Assembly (NCBI RefSeq): GCF_934754935.1
Contig: NZ_CAKVJB010000008.1
Span: forward strand, 5,591-69,590
Direction: 5' to 3'
Origin: an uncultured Holdemanella sp.
GTDB lineage: Bacteria; Bacillota_I; Bacilli_A; Erysipelotrichales; Erysipelotrichaceae
Length of the DNA stretch: 64,000 nucleotides
In this document: piece by piece, positions 29,527 through 41,039 of the stretch
Position numbering within the stretch: the first letter of the stretch is position 1
Layout of the letters: every line of letters begins with the position of its first letter
Notes under the pieces: model-generated
What the model saw: only the letters and a program-made list of their open reading frames with translations
What the model was told of the DNA's origin: nothing
Databases searched by the model: none
Translations under genes and position numbers: made by a program

Positions 29527-30747
29527 ATGTATAAAGAAAAGTTAAGAGAATCATTTAAAGTATATGATGAAATTGTATTAAAGTGTTTTTGTGGAATTTT
29601 TATTGGTGCAATTGTTGCGCTTTGTGAAGTTGTTTTTGGCAAAGGCCTAGAATGGATCTTAAATTTTAGAGAACACATGGGATGCATCATGTTAGTAGGG
29701 CTTCCTTTTGCGGGCCTAGCTATTGTGTTCTTGTTTGATCATTGGGGAAGAATATCTAGAAAAGGTATGGGACTTGTCTTTGAAGTGGATCAAGGAAAGA
29801 GTGATTGGATTCCACTTCGTATGGCACCATTTATGGTTGTATCGACATGGATTACACATTTCTTTGGTGGTAGTGCAGGTCGAGAAGGCGTTGCGATGCA
29901 GATTGGAGCTACGGTATCCCATTATTTTGGAAAATATTTCCGCTTTAAAAATAGTGGTGTTATTTTTATGGTCGCAGGTATGGCAGCTGGTTTTGCCGGA
30001 TTATTTGGGACTCCAATTACAGCTATCTTTTTTGCCTTAGAAGTATTAGTTGCGGGAACTTTAAAATATCGAGCTATGTCTTGTGCAATTCCTGCAAGTT
30101 TTACCGCAGCTTATGTTTCTAGTTTATTTGGATTGCATAAGAGTTCGTTTAAAATTGGAAGTGTAAGTGATTTAGATGTCGAACTATCCATAAAACTTTT
30201 AGTTTTAGGGATTTTATTTGGCCTGATTGGTGGGTTGTTTGCGTTTTTTTTAAAGCATACAAAAGCATTTGTGACAAATAAAATAAAGAATCCTTATAAA
30301 CGCATTTTTATGATGGGTATTCTTGTAGCCATTTTATTATTTGTGTTTGGCAAGTGTCGGTATTCGGGTGTTGGTGAAAACTTGATTGTAGGTTCTTTTA
30401 CATCGGATAAGATGTATGGATATGATTGGATTTTAAAGTTTGTGTTAACCATTTTAACTTTATCGGCTGGTTTTCAAGGTGGTGAAGTTACACCATTATT
30501 TGCGATTGGATCAAGCTTAGGGGTTATAATTGCGCCTGTTTTTGGATTAGATCCTTTATTTGTGGCGGCCTTAGGTTATTGTAGTGTGTTTGGAGCTGCA
30601 ACGAATACTTTTTTAGCACCGATTGCGATCGGCATGGAAGTATTTGGATATCAATATTTTCCGTTCTTCTTTGTTGTATGTGCTATAGCTTATATTGTAA
30701 ATCAAAATGAGTCGATTTATGCTTTACAAAGACAAGTCAGAGAATGA
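29527..30747 (+). CDS. CLC family channel, CLC-F (fluoride exporter, EriC-like) clade
   Basis: GMGLV, GREGV, GGEVTP signatures. Confidence 0.82.
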   Translation: MYKEKLRESFKVYDEIVLKCFCGIFIGAIVALCEVVFGKGLEWILNFREHMGCIMLVGLPFAGLAIVFLFDHWGRISRKGMGLVFEVDQGKSDWIPLRMAPFMVVSTWITHFFGGSAGREGVAMQIGATVSHYFGKYFRFKNSGVIFMVAGMAAGFAGLFGTPITAIFFALEVLVAGTLKYRAMSCAIPASFTAAYVSSLFGLHKSSFKIGSVSDLDVELSIKLLVLGILFGLIGGLFAFFLKHTKAFVTNKIKNPYKRIFMMGILVAILLFVFGKCRYSGVGENLIVGSFTSDKMYGYDWILKFVLTILTLSAGFQGGEVTPLFAIGSSLGVIIAPVFGLDPLFVAALGYCSVFGAATNTFLAPIAIGMEVFGYQYFPFFFVVCAIAYIVNQNESIYALQRQVRE

Positions 30748-30769
30748 TTTGTCTTTTTTTACGGTGTTA

Positions 30770-30783
30770 TGAAAACGCATACA
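30770..30783 (+). promoter_or_regulatory. cre-like (CcpA/LacI) site upstream of glg operon
   Basis: TGAAAACGCATACA. Confidence 0.55.
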
Positions 30784-30862
30784 AATTTACTTAAATAAGT
30801 AGATTTTATTTGAAAAAGTGCTATACTTTAGTTATATAAAGAGTATTATTAGGAGGATGATT

Positions 30863-32002
30863 ATGAAACAGAATAATATGCTCGCCATGATTTTAGCGGG
30901 TGGCCGCGGAACACGTCTTTTAGAACTAACTAAAAAGAATGCGAAACCGGCTGTTTATTTCGGGGGAAAATATCGTATTATCGATTTCCCGCTAAGTAAC
31001 TGTGCGAATTCAGATATCAACGTTGTAGGTGTTTTAACTCAGTATGAATCTGTAGAATTAAATGCGTATGCTGGTGCTGGACAAAGATGGGGACTTGATG
31101 CACGTGGAAGTGGAGTTTATGTTTTGCCACCACGTGAAAAAGATGGAACAAAATTTGACGTTTATCAAGGAACGGCAGATGCCATCACTCAAAACATCGA
31201 CTTTATTGACAAGTTTGATCCTGAATATGTATTGATTCTTTCAGGTGACCACATCTATAAGATGGATTATGCAGATATGTTATCTTGCCATAAGGCAAAT
31301 AATGCAGATTGTACAATTGCAGTACTTCCAGTTCCAATGAAGGAAGCAAGTCGTTTTGGTATTATGAATACGGATGATGAAGGAAGAATTGTAGAATTTG
31401 AAGAAAAGCCAGAACATCCAAAGAGTAATTTAGCTAGTATGGGTATTTATATCTTTAACTGGAAACAATTGCGTAAAGAATTGATTTCAGATATGACAGC
31501 TGAAGGTTCTCACCATGACTTTGGTAAAGATATTATTCCAAATTTCTTAAATGCAGATAAGCGTTTATATGCTTATAAGTTTGAAGGCTATTGGAAAGAT
31601 GTTGGAACAATCGATTCATTGTGGGAAGCAAACATGGACTTGTTAAACAAAAATAATGAATTGAATTTAGATGATCCAAACTGGAAAATCTATACAGAAG
31701 ATATTCCAACTTTACCTCACTATGTAGGACCAACTGGAAAAGTAGAACATTGCTACATCAACCAAGGTGCAGTGATTCGAGGACATGCAGTGGATTCCGT
31801 ATTATTTAACAATGTTGACATTGATGAAGATGCACTTGTATCTCAAGCTGTATTAATGCCAAATGTTAAGGTTGGTAAAGGTGCAAAAATCTATCGTGCA
31901 ATTGTTGCGGACGGTGTAAAGATTGATGATGGTGCTGTTGTGGGTAGTCCAGACAGCGAAGAAATCGTATTAATTTCAAAGAGAGTAAAGAAGGGTGAAT
32001 AA
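30863..32002 (+). CDS. glgC: Glucose-1-phosphate adenylyltransferase
   Basis: [41 protein letters not shown]. Confidence 0.96.
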   Translation: MKQNNMLAMILAGGRGTRLLELTKKNAKPAVYFGGKYRIIDFPLSNCANSDINVVGVLTQYESVELNAYAGAGQRWGLDARGSGVYVLPPREKDGTKFDVYQGTADAITQNIDFIDKFDPEYVLILSGDHIYKMDYADMLSCHKANNADCTIAVLPVPMKEASRFGIMNTDDEGRIVEFEEKPEHPKSNLASMGIYIFNWKQLRKELISDMTAEGSHHDFGKDIIPNFLNADKRLYAYKFEGYWKDVGTIDSLWEANMDLLNKNNELNLDDPNWKIYTEDIPTLPHYVGPTGKVEHCYINQGAVIRGHAVDSVLFNNVDIDEDALVSQAVLMPNVKVGKGAKIYRAIVADGVKIDDGAVVGSPDSEEIVLISKRVKKGE

Positions 32003-32004
32003 TT

Positions 32005-33120
32005 ATGTGTAACGCTTTAGGAATAATTACTTATAATGATTCTTCTGTTTATGTAGAAGGTATGCAAAAATATCGTCCAATTGCTGCATTTAGCTTTTTA
32101 GGACGTTATCGTTTAGTTGACTTTGCGATTTCAAATATGTCAAATTCAGGTATTGATGATATCCAAATTTATGTAAATGGAAATCCTCGTTCTTTAATTG
32201 ATCATGTTGGTACAGGTCGTCACTATAATATCAACTCAAAACACGGACACTTATCTTTAGTGCCTGTATATACAGATGGTGGAAATTCACGTTTTACTAC
32301 AGATATTTCATGCTATGCTGAAAATATTCATGCTGTTATGGAAAACCACAATGACTATGTTGTGATTGCTCCAGCTAATATGCTTTATAAAGGAAACTAT
32401 GAGGAATTATTAAAACAGCACATTGAAAGTGGTGCAGAAGTTTCTGTTTTATATCAACATGTTGATAACGCAAAAGAAAACTACATTGGATGTGATGTAC
32501 TTCAAATGAATAAACAACGTGGTGTATTGAGTATTGATCAAAACTTAGGAAACTATAAGTCTAGATATTTATCTTTACAAACATACATTATGTCAAAAGA
32601 AATTTTCAAAACATTAGTTGAAGAAGCTCAAGAAACAAGTTCAATGTATTGGTTCAAAGATATTTTGAATGACAAATGTGTAGATATGGATATTCGTGGA
32701 TTGAATTATCGTGGACATATTTATGTTATCAATGATTTAAAATCATATTATGAAAGTAATATGGAATTCTTAACAGAAGAAAAAATGAAAGATATCAACG
32801 ATCCAGAATGGCCTGTATATACTCGTACAAGTGATTCAGCTCCAGCTATTTATTTAAATGGTGGTACGGCAACAGGTTCATTGATTTCAAATGGTTGTGA
32901 AATCAGTGGTGTAGTTAAGAACTCAATTATTGGTCGTTCTTGTAAAATTGGAAAAGATGCATTGATTGAAAATTGTATTATTATGCCAGATGTAGTAATT
33001 GCGGATGGCGCACACTTGAAGAATGTGATTGTTGACAAACATTCAAGAATCGCAAAGAAAAAAGATTTAGCAGGTTTGGAAGAACAACCTTTGTATATTG
33101 GTAGAAGGGAGAACGTTTAA
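32005..33120 (+). CDS. glgD: ADP-glucose pyrophosphorylase regulatory subunit
   Basis: RPIAAFSFLGRYRLVDF, SLIDHVGTG; between glgC and glgA. Confidence 0.93.
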   Translation: MCNALGIITYNDSSVYVEGMQKYRPIAAFSFLGRYRLVDFAISNMSNSGIDDIQIYVNGNPRSLIDHVGTGRHYNINSKHGHLSLVPVYTDGGNSRFTTDISCYAENIHAVMENHNDYVVIAPANMLYKGNYEELLKQHIESGAEVSVLYQHVDNAKENYIGCDVLQMNKQRGVLSIDQNLGNYKSRYLSLQTYIMSKEIFKTLVEEAQETSSMYWFKDILNDKCVDMDIRGLNYRGHIYVINDLKSYYESNMEFLTEEKMKDINDPEWPVYTRTSDSAPAIYLNGGTATGSLISNGCEISGVVKNSIIGRSCKIGKDALIENCIIMPDVVIADGAHLKNVIVDKHSRIAKKKDLAGLEEQPLYIGRRENV

Positions 33121-34559
33121 TGGCATCAATTTTGATGGTTGCTGGGGAAGGATTACCATTCATTAAGACAGGTGGACTTGCCGATGTTATTGGATCTTTA
33201 CCAAAAGCACTTACTGAAAGAGGACATGAAGTAAAGGTTGTAATGCCTTTATATAAGAAAATTAGTGATAAATACTATAATGAACTTCACTTTGACTGTG
33301 AATATTCAGTTTCAATCAATTATCATGAAGTACCAGTACGTGTATTTTCAAAAATGGTAGATAATGTTTGTTTCTTCTTCATTCAACATCAAGGTTATTT
33401 TGAAAGAGATTCATTATACGGTTATCAAGATGATGGGGAGCGTTTTGGATATTTCCAAAAAGCTGTTATCGAAATGTTGAATCAGTTGAACTATTGGCCT
33501 AACATTATCCATTGCCACGATTGGCATACAGGTATGATTCCTTGTATGGTAAAAGAAACGCATGATGCAGATCCTAGATATCGTGCTATTCGTTTTGTAT
33601 ATACAATTCACAACATGGCATATCAAGGAAACTTTGGTCCTGAAATGTTAGATAGTTGCTTAGGCTTACCATACTATTTATTAGACAATGGTAATGTGCG
33701 TTTTGATGGTGGAATTTCATTTATGAAATCTGGTATCTTATATGCCGATAAAGTTACAACTGTATCACCAACTTATGCTCAAGAAATTTTATCGCCTCAA
33801 TATGGTGAACACTTAGAAGCTGTATTGAATATGCGTAAATATGATTTATGGGGAATTGTAAATGGTATTGATATCCAATTATGGAACCCTAGTACAGATC
33901 CAGAAATCCCTTATCACTTTGATAAGGTGAATATTGCGGCTCAAAAGAAAAAGGCAAAAATGGCTCTTCAAGAAGAATTGGGATTAGAAAAGAATCCAGA
34001 TGTTATGATGGTTGGAGTCGTTTCTCGTTTAACTTGGCAAAAAGGATTCTATTTATTGATGGAACAATTAGATGCATTATGTGCAGCTCCTATTCAATTG
34101 GTTATTTTGGGTAGTGGTGAAAGTCAAATTGAAAATAAATTCCGTGAATTAGAAGATGGAAATAAAGGTAAGATTTGTTTCTATTACGGATATAATGAAA
34201 GCTTGGCACACCGTATTTATGCAGCAAGTGATTTATTCTTGATGCCTAGTCTATTTGAACCATGTGGCATTTCACAATTGTGCTCTATGCGTTATGGTAC
34301 TTTACCTCTTGTTCGTGAAACAGGTGGATTAAAAGATACAGTCGATGCATATAATGAGTATGAAAAATCTGGAAATGGATTTAGTTTTGAAAACTATGAT
34401 TCCAATGAATTGATCCACACATTATATTATGCTTGTGATGTTTACTATAACCGCAAAGAAGATTGGGAAATGTTACAACGTAATGCGTTGAACACAGATG
34501 TGTCATGGCAACAAAGTGCTAAAACATATTCTTTGTTGTATGATGAATTAGTAGACTAA
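33120..34559 (+). CDS. glgA: Glycogen synthase
   Basis: KTGGLADV, HCHDWH, PSLFEPCG. Confidence 0.96.
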   Translation: MASILMVAGEGLPFIKTGGLADVIGSLPKALTERGHEVKVVMPLYKKISDKYYNELHFDCEYSVSINYHEVPVRVFSKMVDNVCFFFIQHQGYFERDSLYGYQDDGERFGYFQKAVIEMLNQLNYWPNIIHCHDWHTGMIPCMVKETHDADPRYRAIRFVYTIHNMAYQGNFGPEMLDSCLGLPYYLLDNGNVRFDGGISFMKSGILYADKVTTVSPTYAQEILSPQYGEHLEAVLNMRKYDLWGIVNGIDIQLWNPSTDPEIPYHFDKVNIAAQKKKAKMALQEELGLEKNPDVMMVGVVSRLTWQKGFYLLMEQLDALCAAPIQLVILGSGESQIENKFRELEDGNKGKICFYYGYNESLAHRIYAASDLFLMPSLFEPCGISQLCSMRYGTLPLVRETGGLKDTVDAYNEYEKSGNGFSFENYDSNELIHTLYYACDVYYNRKEDWEMLQRNALNTDVSWQQSAKTYSLLYDELVD

Positions 34560-34984
34560 TGAGAATTCTTGTTAGTGCATGTTTATTAGGATATGACTGT
34601 AAGTACAATGGAAAAAACAATTATAACTCAAAAATTGTTGAACTTTTAAAAGAACATGAAGTCATTCCTGTTTGTCCAGAAATGCTTGGAGGACTTACTT
34701 GTCCGCGTATTCCTTGTGAAAAAGTAGGGGATAAAGTTATGGATAAAGAGGGTAATGATTGTACAAAACAGTTTATCAAAGGAGCAGAAGTAGCTCTTAA
34801 TATAGCGAAAGAAAAACAAGTGGATTTTGCGATTTTGCAAAGAAGATCACCTAGTTGTGGGTATTCCCTAATTTATGATGGGACTTTTAAAGGGAATCTT
34901 ATAGCTGGTAGTGGTATCTTTGCTCAAATGCTGCAAAGTTTAGATATTCCAATTATGGAAGCGGAATCAGAAAAATTCGTTTAG
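34559..34984 (+). CDS. DUF523 family protein (2-thiouracil desulfurase-like)
   Basis: VSACLLG..CKYNG, VCPEMLGGL.PR, RSPSCG. Confidence 0.85.
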   Translation: MRILVSACLLGYDCKYNGKNNYNSKIVELLKEHEVIPVCPEMLGGLTCPRIPCEKVGDKVMDKEGNDCTKQFIKGAEVALNIAKEKQVDFAILQRRSPSCGYSLIYDGTFKGNLIAGSGIFAQMLQSLDIPIMEAESEKFV

Positions 34985-35045
34985 GTATTGTTTTCTTTGG
35001 CAAAATGTCATAAAATACATTTAGATTTGATTTAGGAGGATAATT

Positions 35046-35312
35046 ATGAAACAAGTAACTGTAACTGTAGTAGATCCAGTAGGTCTTCACGCACGTCCAG
35101 CAACTGTAGCTGTTAACGCTGCTAGTAAATTCAAAAGCGAAATCAATGTAGCTTTCAAAGGACGTGAAGTAAACATGAAATCTATCATGGGAGTTATGTC
35201 TTTAGGAATTCCTACACAGTCAGAAATCACAATTAGCTGCTCAGGCGAAGATGAAGATGCTGCTGTAGCTGCAATCGAAGAAGTATTGCGCGCTCAGAAG
35301 ATCATTGCTTAA
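35046..35312 (+). CDS. ptsH: Phosphocarrier protein HPr
   Basis: GLHARPA (His15), KSIMGVMSLG (Ser46). Confidence 0.95.
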   Translation: MKQVTVTVVDPVGLHARPATVAVNAASKFKSEINVAFKGREVNMKSIMGVMSLGIPTQSEITISCSGEDEDAAVAAIEEVLRAQKIIA

Positions 35313-35378
35313 TTAAGAAAAGTCTCATAGTTTATGAGACTTTTTTATTTCAATGCTAGAAAAGAAGGAGAATGAATA

Positions 35379-37073
35379 ATGTCTATTGTTGAAGAAAGAT
35401 ATTCAAAATGGTTAAATCATGAAAATTTAGCCCCTCAATATAAACCTGTTTTAGAAGCTATGGATGCTGAAGAAAAAAATGATGCATTCTATACTACAAT
35501 TGAATTTGGAACAGCAGGTATGCGTGGTCTTTTAGGTCCTGGAACGAATCGTATTAATATTCATACAATTCGTAAAGCTACTCAAGGATATGCGAACTAC
35601 ATTAATGAAAATAATGGTGGCGAAGCTGGTATTGCGATTGGGTATGACAACCGTCATATGTCAAAAGAATTTGCGTTTGACTGTGCAGATTTATTGGCAA
35701 AAAATAATATTAAATCTTATGTATTTGAATCATTAAGACCAACACCAGAATTAAGCTTTGCGGTACGTCACTTAAATTGCTTTGGTGGAATTATGATTAC
35801 AGCGAGTCATAACCCTAAAGAATATAACGGTTATAAATTGTATGATGATAAAGGATGTCAATTGATTCCATGTTTAGCTAGTCAAGTTATCGATAAAGTT
35901 AACGCAATTGAAGATGAATTAGCAATTGATGCAAATTGTACAGAAGAACAAAAGAAATTGATTACAGTCATTGGTAAAGATGTGGATGAAGAATACTACG
36001 AGAATGTATTGAGTATTCAATTGAATCCAGAAGTGAAAAAAGATATCAAAATCGTATTCTCTCCTGAACATGGTACGGCAAATATTCCAGTACAAGAAGT
36101 ATATAAACGTGCAGGATATACTTGTATTCCAGTTGTTGAACAATGTAGTCCAGATCCTGATTTTTCTAACACACCAACACCAAACCCAGAACAAGCTGGT
36201 GCTTATGAATTATCATTGAAATACGCAAAAGAAAATCAAGCGGATTTGATCTTGGTTTGTGATCCTGATGCTGACCGTATGGGTGTTGGAGTATTGCATA
36301 ATGGTGAATATGTTGTTTTAACAGGTAACCAATCTGGTTCTGTTGAAATTGAATATATTTGTTCACAACTTCAAAAACAAGGTAAGATGCCTGAAAACCC
36401 TGTTATGTTCAATACAGTAGTTACTAGTGATCTAGGTGAAAAGGTAGCTTCTGATTATGGTGTATCAACAGAAAAAACATTAACAGGATTCAAATTCATT
36501 GGCGAAAAAGTTGCGAAATATGAAAAAACACACAAAAAGAACTATGTATTTGGATATGAAGAAAGTTATGGTTCATTAATCAAACCTTTCGTTCGTGATA
36601 AAGATGCTCCTCAAGCTTGTTTGATGCTTGCTGAGGCTTGTGCATTCTACAAAGAACAAGGAAAAGATTTAGTGGATGTATTAGACAGCTTATATGATCG
36701 TCATGGTACATATGAAGAAAGTCAAGTAGCTCTATCATTAGCTGGTGAAGCAGGTGCTAAGCGTATCAAAGAAATTTTAGCTAATTTAAGAAAAGATGCT
36801 CCAAGTGAAATTGGTGGAACTAAAGTTGTTCGTAGCGAAGACTATAAAGAATGTGTAATTAAAGAAGGAGATACAGTAACTGAACTTACTGGATTCACTA
36901 AATCGGATGTATTGAAATACTATCTAGAAGATGGAAGCTGGATTGCGGTACGTCCTAGTGGAACAGAACCAAAATGTAAATTCTACTATTGTATCAAGGG
37001 AGCTTCAAAAGAGGATGCTCACAACAAAACTGTTCATTTCCAAAAGGCAATGGATGATTTGATTGCTGAATAG
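35379..37073 (+). CDS. pgm: Phosphoglucomutase/phosphomannomutase
   Basis: FGTAGMRG, TASHNP, DPDADR, GYEES, RPSGTEPK. Confidence 0.92.
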   Translation: MSIVEERYSKWLNHENLAPQYKPVLEAMDAEEKNDAFYTTIEFGTAGMRGLLGPGTNRINIHTIRKATQGYANYINENNGGEAGIAIGYDNRHMSKEFAFDCADLLAKNNIKSYVFESLRPTPELSFAVRHLNCFGGIMITASHNPKEYNGYKLYDDKGCQLIPCLASQVIDKVNAIEDELAIDANCTEEQKKLITVIGKDVDEEYYENVLSIQLNPEVKKDIKIVFSPEHGTANIPVQEVYKRAGYTCIPVVEQCSPDPDFSNTPTPNPEQAGAYELSLKYAKENQADLILVCDPDADRMGVGVLHNGEYVVLTGNQSGSVEIEYICSQLQKQGKMPENPVMFNTVVTSDLGEKVASDYGVSTEKTLTGFKFIGEKVAKYEKTHKKNYVFGYEESYGSLIKPFVRDKDAPQACLMLAEACAFYKEQGKDLVDVLDSLYDRHGTYEESQVALSLAGEAGAKRIKEILANLRKDAPSEIGGTKVVRSEDYKECVIKEGDTVTELTGFTKSDVLKYYLEDGSWIAVRPSGTEPKCKFYYCIKGASKEDAHNKTVHFQKAMDDLIAE

Positions 37074-37130
37074 TATGAAGGGATGTCTTATAAGGGCATC
37101 CTTTTTAATTTACAAAAAAAGGATCTAGAC

Positions 37131-38291
37131 TTATTTGTCTAAATCCTTTAAGAATTGTTCTAAGCGTACTACAGCTTCTTTAATGTGGTCAATACTATAT
37201 GCATAAGAGATACGGATATATCCTTCACCACTTTCACCAAAGGCATTTCCTGGTACACAGGCAACTTTTTGTTCTTGTAGTAATCTTTCACAGAATGTTT
37301 CTGAATCAAGGCCTGTTGATTGAATGTTACAGAATACATAGAATGTACCATGTGGCATATTTGTTTTTAGGCCCATTCGATTTAATCGATTGACTAAGAA
37401 GTTTCTTCTTTTTAGATAATCCTCTTTCATCATCAATACATCGTCATATCCATTTTTTATAGCTTCAATACCTGCATATTGAGACATAACAGGTGCAGAC
37501 ATAATAACATATTGGTGAATCTTATTCATTACAGAAGATAGTTCTTTATTGGCCATACAATATCCAAGTCGCCACCCTGTCATTGCGTAGGCTTTTGAAA
37601 AACCGTTGACGACAATAATTTGAGATTTGATTTCATCAAATTGAGCTAGGGAAGCGAATGGCTGATCAAAGCTAAGTTCCGCATAGATTTCATCACTGAC
37701 AACATAAATACCAGATTCTTTAATGATATCAACAATCTTTGCGTAATCTTCTTTAGTCATGACACCACCAGTAGGGTTGCTAGGGTAGTTGATGATCATA
37801 GCTTTTGTCTTTGGCGTAATGACTTTCTTTAAATCTTCTGGAATGATTTTAAAATCGTTTTCTTCTTTTAATTGTAAAGGGACAACAACACCATCGCTTA
37901 AAATAACGCTTGGTGCATAGGCAACATAGTTAGGGTCTAATACAATGACTTCATCTCCTGGATTTAATAAAGCACGCATACAAAGGTCAATGGCTTCGCT
38001 ACCACCAATCGTAACTATGACTTCACTTTCAGGATCATATACTTGATTGTAGTGTTCTTTATGAAATTTGCAAATTTCTTCACGAAGCTCAAGCAATCCT
38101 CTATTAGCCGTATAGTGTGTGTGACCAGTGCTCATATAATGAATTGCATTTTCACAGATGTGCCATGGCGTCGCAAAATCAGGTTCACCAACACCTAAAG
38201 AGATAACACCTTCCATTGTATTGGCTAAATCAAAAAATTTTCGGATGCCACTCGGTTTAATGGATGTTGCTTTTGTAGATAAACGTTTCAT
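37131..38291 (-). CDS. PLP-dependent aminotransferase class I/II
   Basis: GEPDF, PSNPTG, DEIY, GFSKAYAMTGWRLG. Confidence 0.93.
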   Translation of the reverse strand: MKRLSTKATSIKPSGIRKFFDLANTMEGVISLGVGEPDFATPWHICENAIHYMSTGHTHYTANRGLLELREEICKFHKEHYNQVYDPESEVIVTIGGSEAIDLCMRALLNPGDEVIVLDPNYVAYAPSVILSDGVVVPLQLKEENDFKIIPEDLKKVITPKTKAMIINYPSNPTGGVMTKEDYAKIVDIIKESGIYVVSDEIYAELSFDQPFASLAQFDEIKSQIIVVNGFSKAYAMTGWRLGYCMANKELSSVMNKIHQYVIMSAPVMSQYAGIEAIKNGYDDVLMMKEDYLKRRNFLVNRLNRMGLKTNMPHGTFYVFCNIQSTGLDSETFCERLLQEQKVACVPGNAFGESGEGYIRISYAYSIDHIKEAVVRLEQFLKDLDK

Positions 38292-38785
38292 TATGGAGTC
38301 ACAACCAATCTTGATTCTTTGTCTTCAGGTTTGTCAATCATGACAATACCGCTTTGTTTATATTGTTTTAAGACAAATAAAGTTTTAGTAGATCGTACAT
38401 CTTCAACACAAGCGATTTTATCAGACACAAAGCGTGCCACTTCAAACATTGTTTTACCTTGGACTAAACATAAGAAATCACAATCCCCACTTAAAAGATA
38501 CATAGTATCGACTTCTGGATAATTCGCAATCAATGCCGCTGTTTTGTCATACCCTCTATTTCTTGTAGGTGTACAACTTACTTCTATATAAGCTAAGACT
38601 TTTTGGTCTTTTAATGCTTTGTTGTAGTTGATGATCGTGTGATAACCACAAATGATCTTATTTTTTTCTAAAGATTGAATCTCGGATTTTATACTCGCTT
38701 CATCTTCATTTAGAATGTCAGCTAAATCTTGTGATGTTAAACGAGCATTATTTTCTAGTAAATCTAGGATTAAACTTTGGTTCAT
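38291..38785 (-). CDS. Lrp/AsnC family regulator
   Basis: ILDLLENNAR HTH, LSGDCDF; ATG 38785 after AAAGGAGG. Confidence 0.9.
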   Translation of the reverse strand: MNQSLILDLLENNARLTSQDLADILNEDEASIKSEIQSLEKNKIICGYHTIINYNKALKDQKVLAYIEVSCTPTRNRGYDKTAALIANYPEVDTMYLLSGDCDFLCLVQGKTMFEVARFVSDKIACVEDVRSTKTLFVLKQYKQSGIVMIDKPEDKESRLVVTP

Positions 38786-38907
38786 TTTTAATTCCTCCTT
38801 TTGAATATAATAGCACAATTAAGGTTATGTAAAAAGTATGAAAATGCTTGAGAATAGACTGTAAATAGTCTAAAATATAAGTGGTTGTTAGTTGTTAAAA
38901 GTTTTAC

Positions 38908-38947
38908 TTGTTAGAGAATTGACAAATTAACGGTAGGCTTTTATAAT
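38908..38947 (+). promoter_or_regulatory. gap promoter with Rex-like box over the -35
   Basis: TTGACA(38919-38924)-17-TATAAT(38942-38947); TTGTTAG-agaa-TTGACAA (38908-38925) resembles Rex palindrome. Confidence 0.6.
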
Positions 38948-38978
38948 AACAATGGTATTTAAAGGAGGATTTACTGAC

Positions 38979-39992
38979 ATGACAGTAAAAGTTGCGATTA
39001 ACGGTTTTGGACGTATCGGACGTTTGGCATTCCGTCAAATGTTTGGTGCTGAAGGCTACGAAGTAGTAGCTATCAATGACTTGACTAGCCCTAAGATGTT
39101 AGCTCACTTGTTGAAATATGATTCAACTCAAGGAACTTACGCTAAGGCTGACACAGTTGTTGCTGGTGAAAATTCAATTACAGTAGATGGAAAAGAAATC
39201 ACTATCTACGCAGAAGCTGATGCTTCTAAATTACCTTGGGGTGAATTAGGAGTTGACGTAGTATTAGAATGTACAGGATTCTATACTTCAAAAGCTAAAG
39301 CAGAAGCACACATTAAAGCAGGTGCTCGTAAAGTTGTTATCTCTGCTCCAGCAGGAAATGACTTACCAACAATCGTTTACAATGTAAACCACGAAACATT
39401 AAAACCAGAAGATACAGTAATTTCTGCAGCTTCTTGTACAACAAACTGTTTAGCTCCAATGGCTAACGCTTTGAACAAATTAGCTCCAATTAAATCAGGT
39501 ATCATGACTACAGTTCACGCTTACACTGGTGACCAAATGACATTAGACGGACCTCAACGTAAAGGTGATTTACGTCGTAGCCGTGCTGCTGCAGTTAACA
39601 TTGTTCCTAACTCAACAGGTGCTGCAAAAGCTATCGGATTGGTTATTCCTGAATTAAACGGAAAATTAATCGGATCTGCTCAACGTGTTCCAACTCCTAC
39701 AGGATCAACTACTATTTTAGTAGCTGTTGTTGACGGAGAAGTTACAGTTGACCAAATCAATGCTGCTATGAAAGCTGCTACAACTGAATCATTCGGATAT
39801 ACTGAAGAACAATTAGTATCTAGTGATATCGTTGGTATGCGTTACGGATCATTGTTCGATGCAACTCAAACAATGGCTCACTCATTAGGTGACGGAACTA
39901 CTCACGTACAAGTTGTTTCTTGGTACGACAACGAAAACTCTTACACAAGCCAAATGGTTCGTACAATTAAGTATTTCTCAGAATTAGCTTAA
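38979..39992 (+). CDS. gap: Glyceraldehyde-3-phosphate dehydrogenase type I
   Basis: [21 protein letters not shown]. Confidence 0.97.
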   Translation: MTVKVAINGFGRIGRLAFRQMFGAEGYEVVAINDLTSPKMLAHLLKYDSTQGTYAKADTVVAGENSITVDGKEITIYAEADASKLPWGELGVDVVLECTGFYTSKAKAEAHIKAGARKVVISAPAGNDLPTIVYNVNHETLKPEDTVISAASCTTNCLAPMANALNKLAPIKSGIMTTVHAYTGDQMTLDGPQRKGDLRRSRAAAVNIVPNSTGAAKAIGLVIPELNGKLIGSAQRVPTPTGSTTILVAVVDGEVTVDQINAAMKAATTESFGYTEEQLVSSDIVGMRYGSLFDATQTMAHSLGDGTTHVQVVSWYDNENSYTSQMVRTIKYFSELA

Positions 39993-40113
39993 TTATCGTA
40001 AGACTTTTAAGGAATCCAATCGGATTCCTTTTTTTTCATCTTAACTAAAAAGTGCAAACCAAAACTTGAAATAAATAGGTAAATACTGTATTCTAACCTT
40101 TAGAGATTGTGAG

Positions 40114-40299
40114 GTGTTAGCGATGGGAATTCGACATCGTTTGACAGATTCTGAGCGCGATGATTTGACAAAAGATGTAGATGATTTGGATGCTGTCTAC
40201 ATGGAAAAATTAAGAAAAGACGGAATTAGTGAAGATTTATTGGCTCAGTTTCGTGATTTAACTTTAGAATTAGAAAAGGATAAGAAAAAAGATGAGTAA
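40114..40299 (+). CDS. Small hypothetical protein
   Basis: 61-aa charged ORF with GAGGTG RBS, overlaps next start. Confidence 0.55.
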   Translation: MLAMGIRHRLTDSERDDLTKDVDDLDAVYMEKLRKDGISEDLLAQFRDLTLELEKDKKKDE

Positions 40300-40969
40300 A
40301 AATTTAAATTTAATAATTATCGTCATAATGACATTGGTTTTTATTTTTGTACCAATCATTATGAAGAAAGTGGTATGGAAAAAATTATTATCTCAATTGG
40401 ATAATGAACAATATGATGAATTCTATAAAACATTAGATTCAAATGCTTGTAAATTTTCATATCAAGCATTTAACCGCGAATATATGCGTTTAAGTGGATA
40501 CTTAGCACAAAGAAATGATGCGAAAATTGAAGAGCAATTTGATTTATTGAAAAACATGCGTATTTCTAACAAGCAAAAAGCAAGTGTTGCGAGTCGTGGA
40601 TTCTATTATTACTTAGAAAAGGGTAAAATTAAAAAAGCAGAGGGCATGCTTTCTTATGGAAAAAGCTATGTCGATGAAAAGTCATTTAAGAATATGCAAA
40701 TTCAATTTAGTATCTTAATGAAGAAAGAAGCTAAATATATTGATGACTGCAAAGAAATTTTAAATAGTATGTGGGATGGTATGTCTGATCTTGACAACAA
40801 CCGTAAATTTCCAGTTGGCACAATTCAATATTTAATTGGACTTCAATATTCATATTTAAAAGATGTAGATCATATGATGGAATATTTTAATCCGGCTTTA
40901 GAAAATTTAGCTGGTACTCCATATGAAGAAGATATTCGTCGTATTATGAGTAATTTACATGTAGGCTAA
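40292..40969 (+). CDS. Hypothetical protein, N-terminal TM anchor, helical (TPR-like)
   Basis: Hydrophobic N-terminus; helical pattern; host-like codon usage. Confidence 0.6.
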   Translation: MSKNLNLIIIVIMTLVFIFVPIIMKKVVWKKLLSQLDNEQYDEFYKTLDSNACKFSYQAFNREYMRLSGYLAQRNDAKIEEQFDLLKNMRISNKQKASVASRGFYYYLEKGKIKKAEGMLSYGKSYVDEKSFKNMQIQFSILMKKEAKYIDDCKEILNSMWDGMSDLDNNRKFPVGTIQYLIGLQYSYLKDVDHMMEYFNPALENLAGTPYEEDIRRIMSNLHVG

Positions 40970-41039
40970 CCTTTTGGTTAGCTTTTTTTTTCATGTTTTG
41001 TATTGTATAATAAAGAAATGAATTGGAGGACATTTTATT

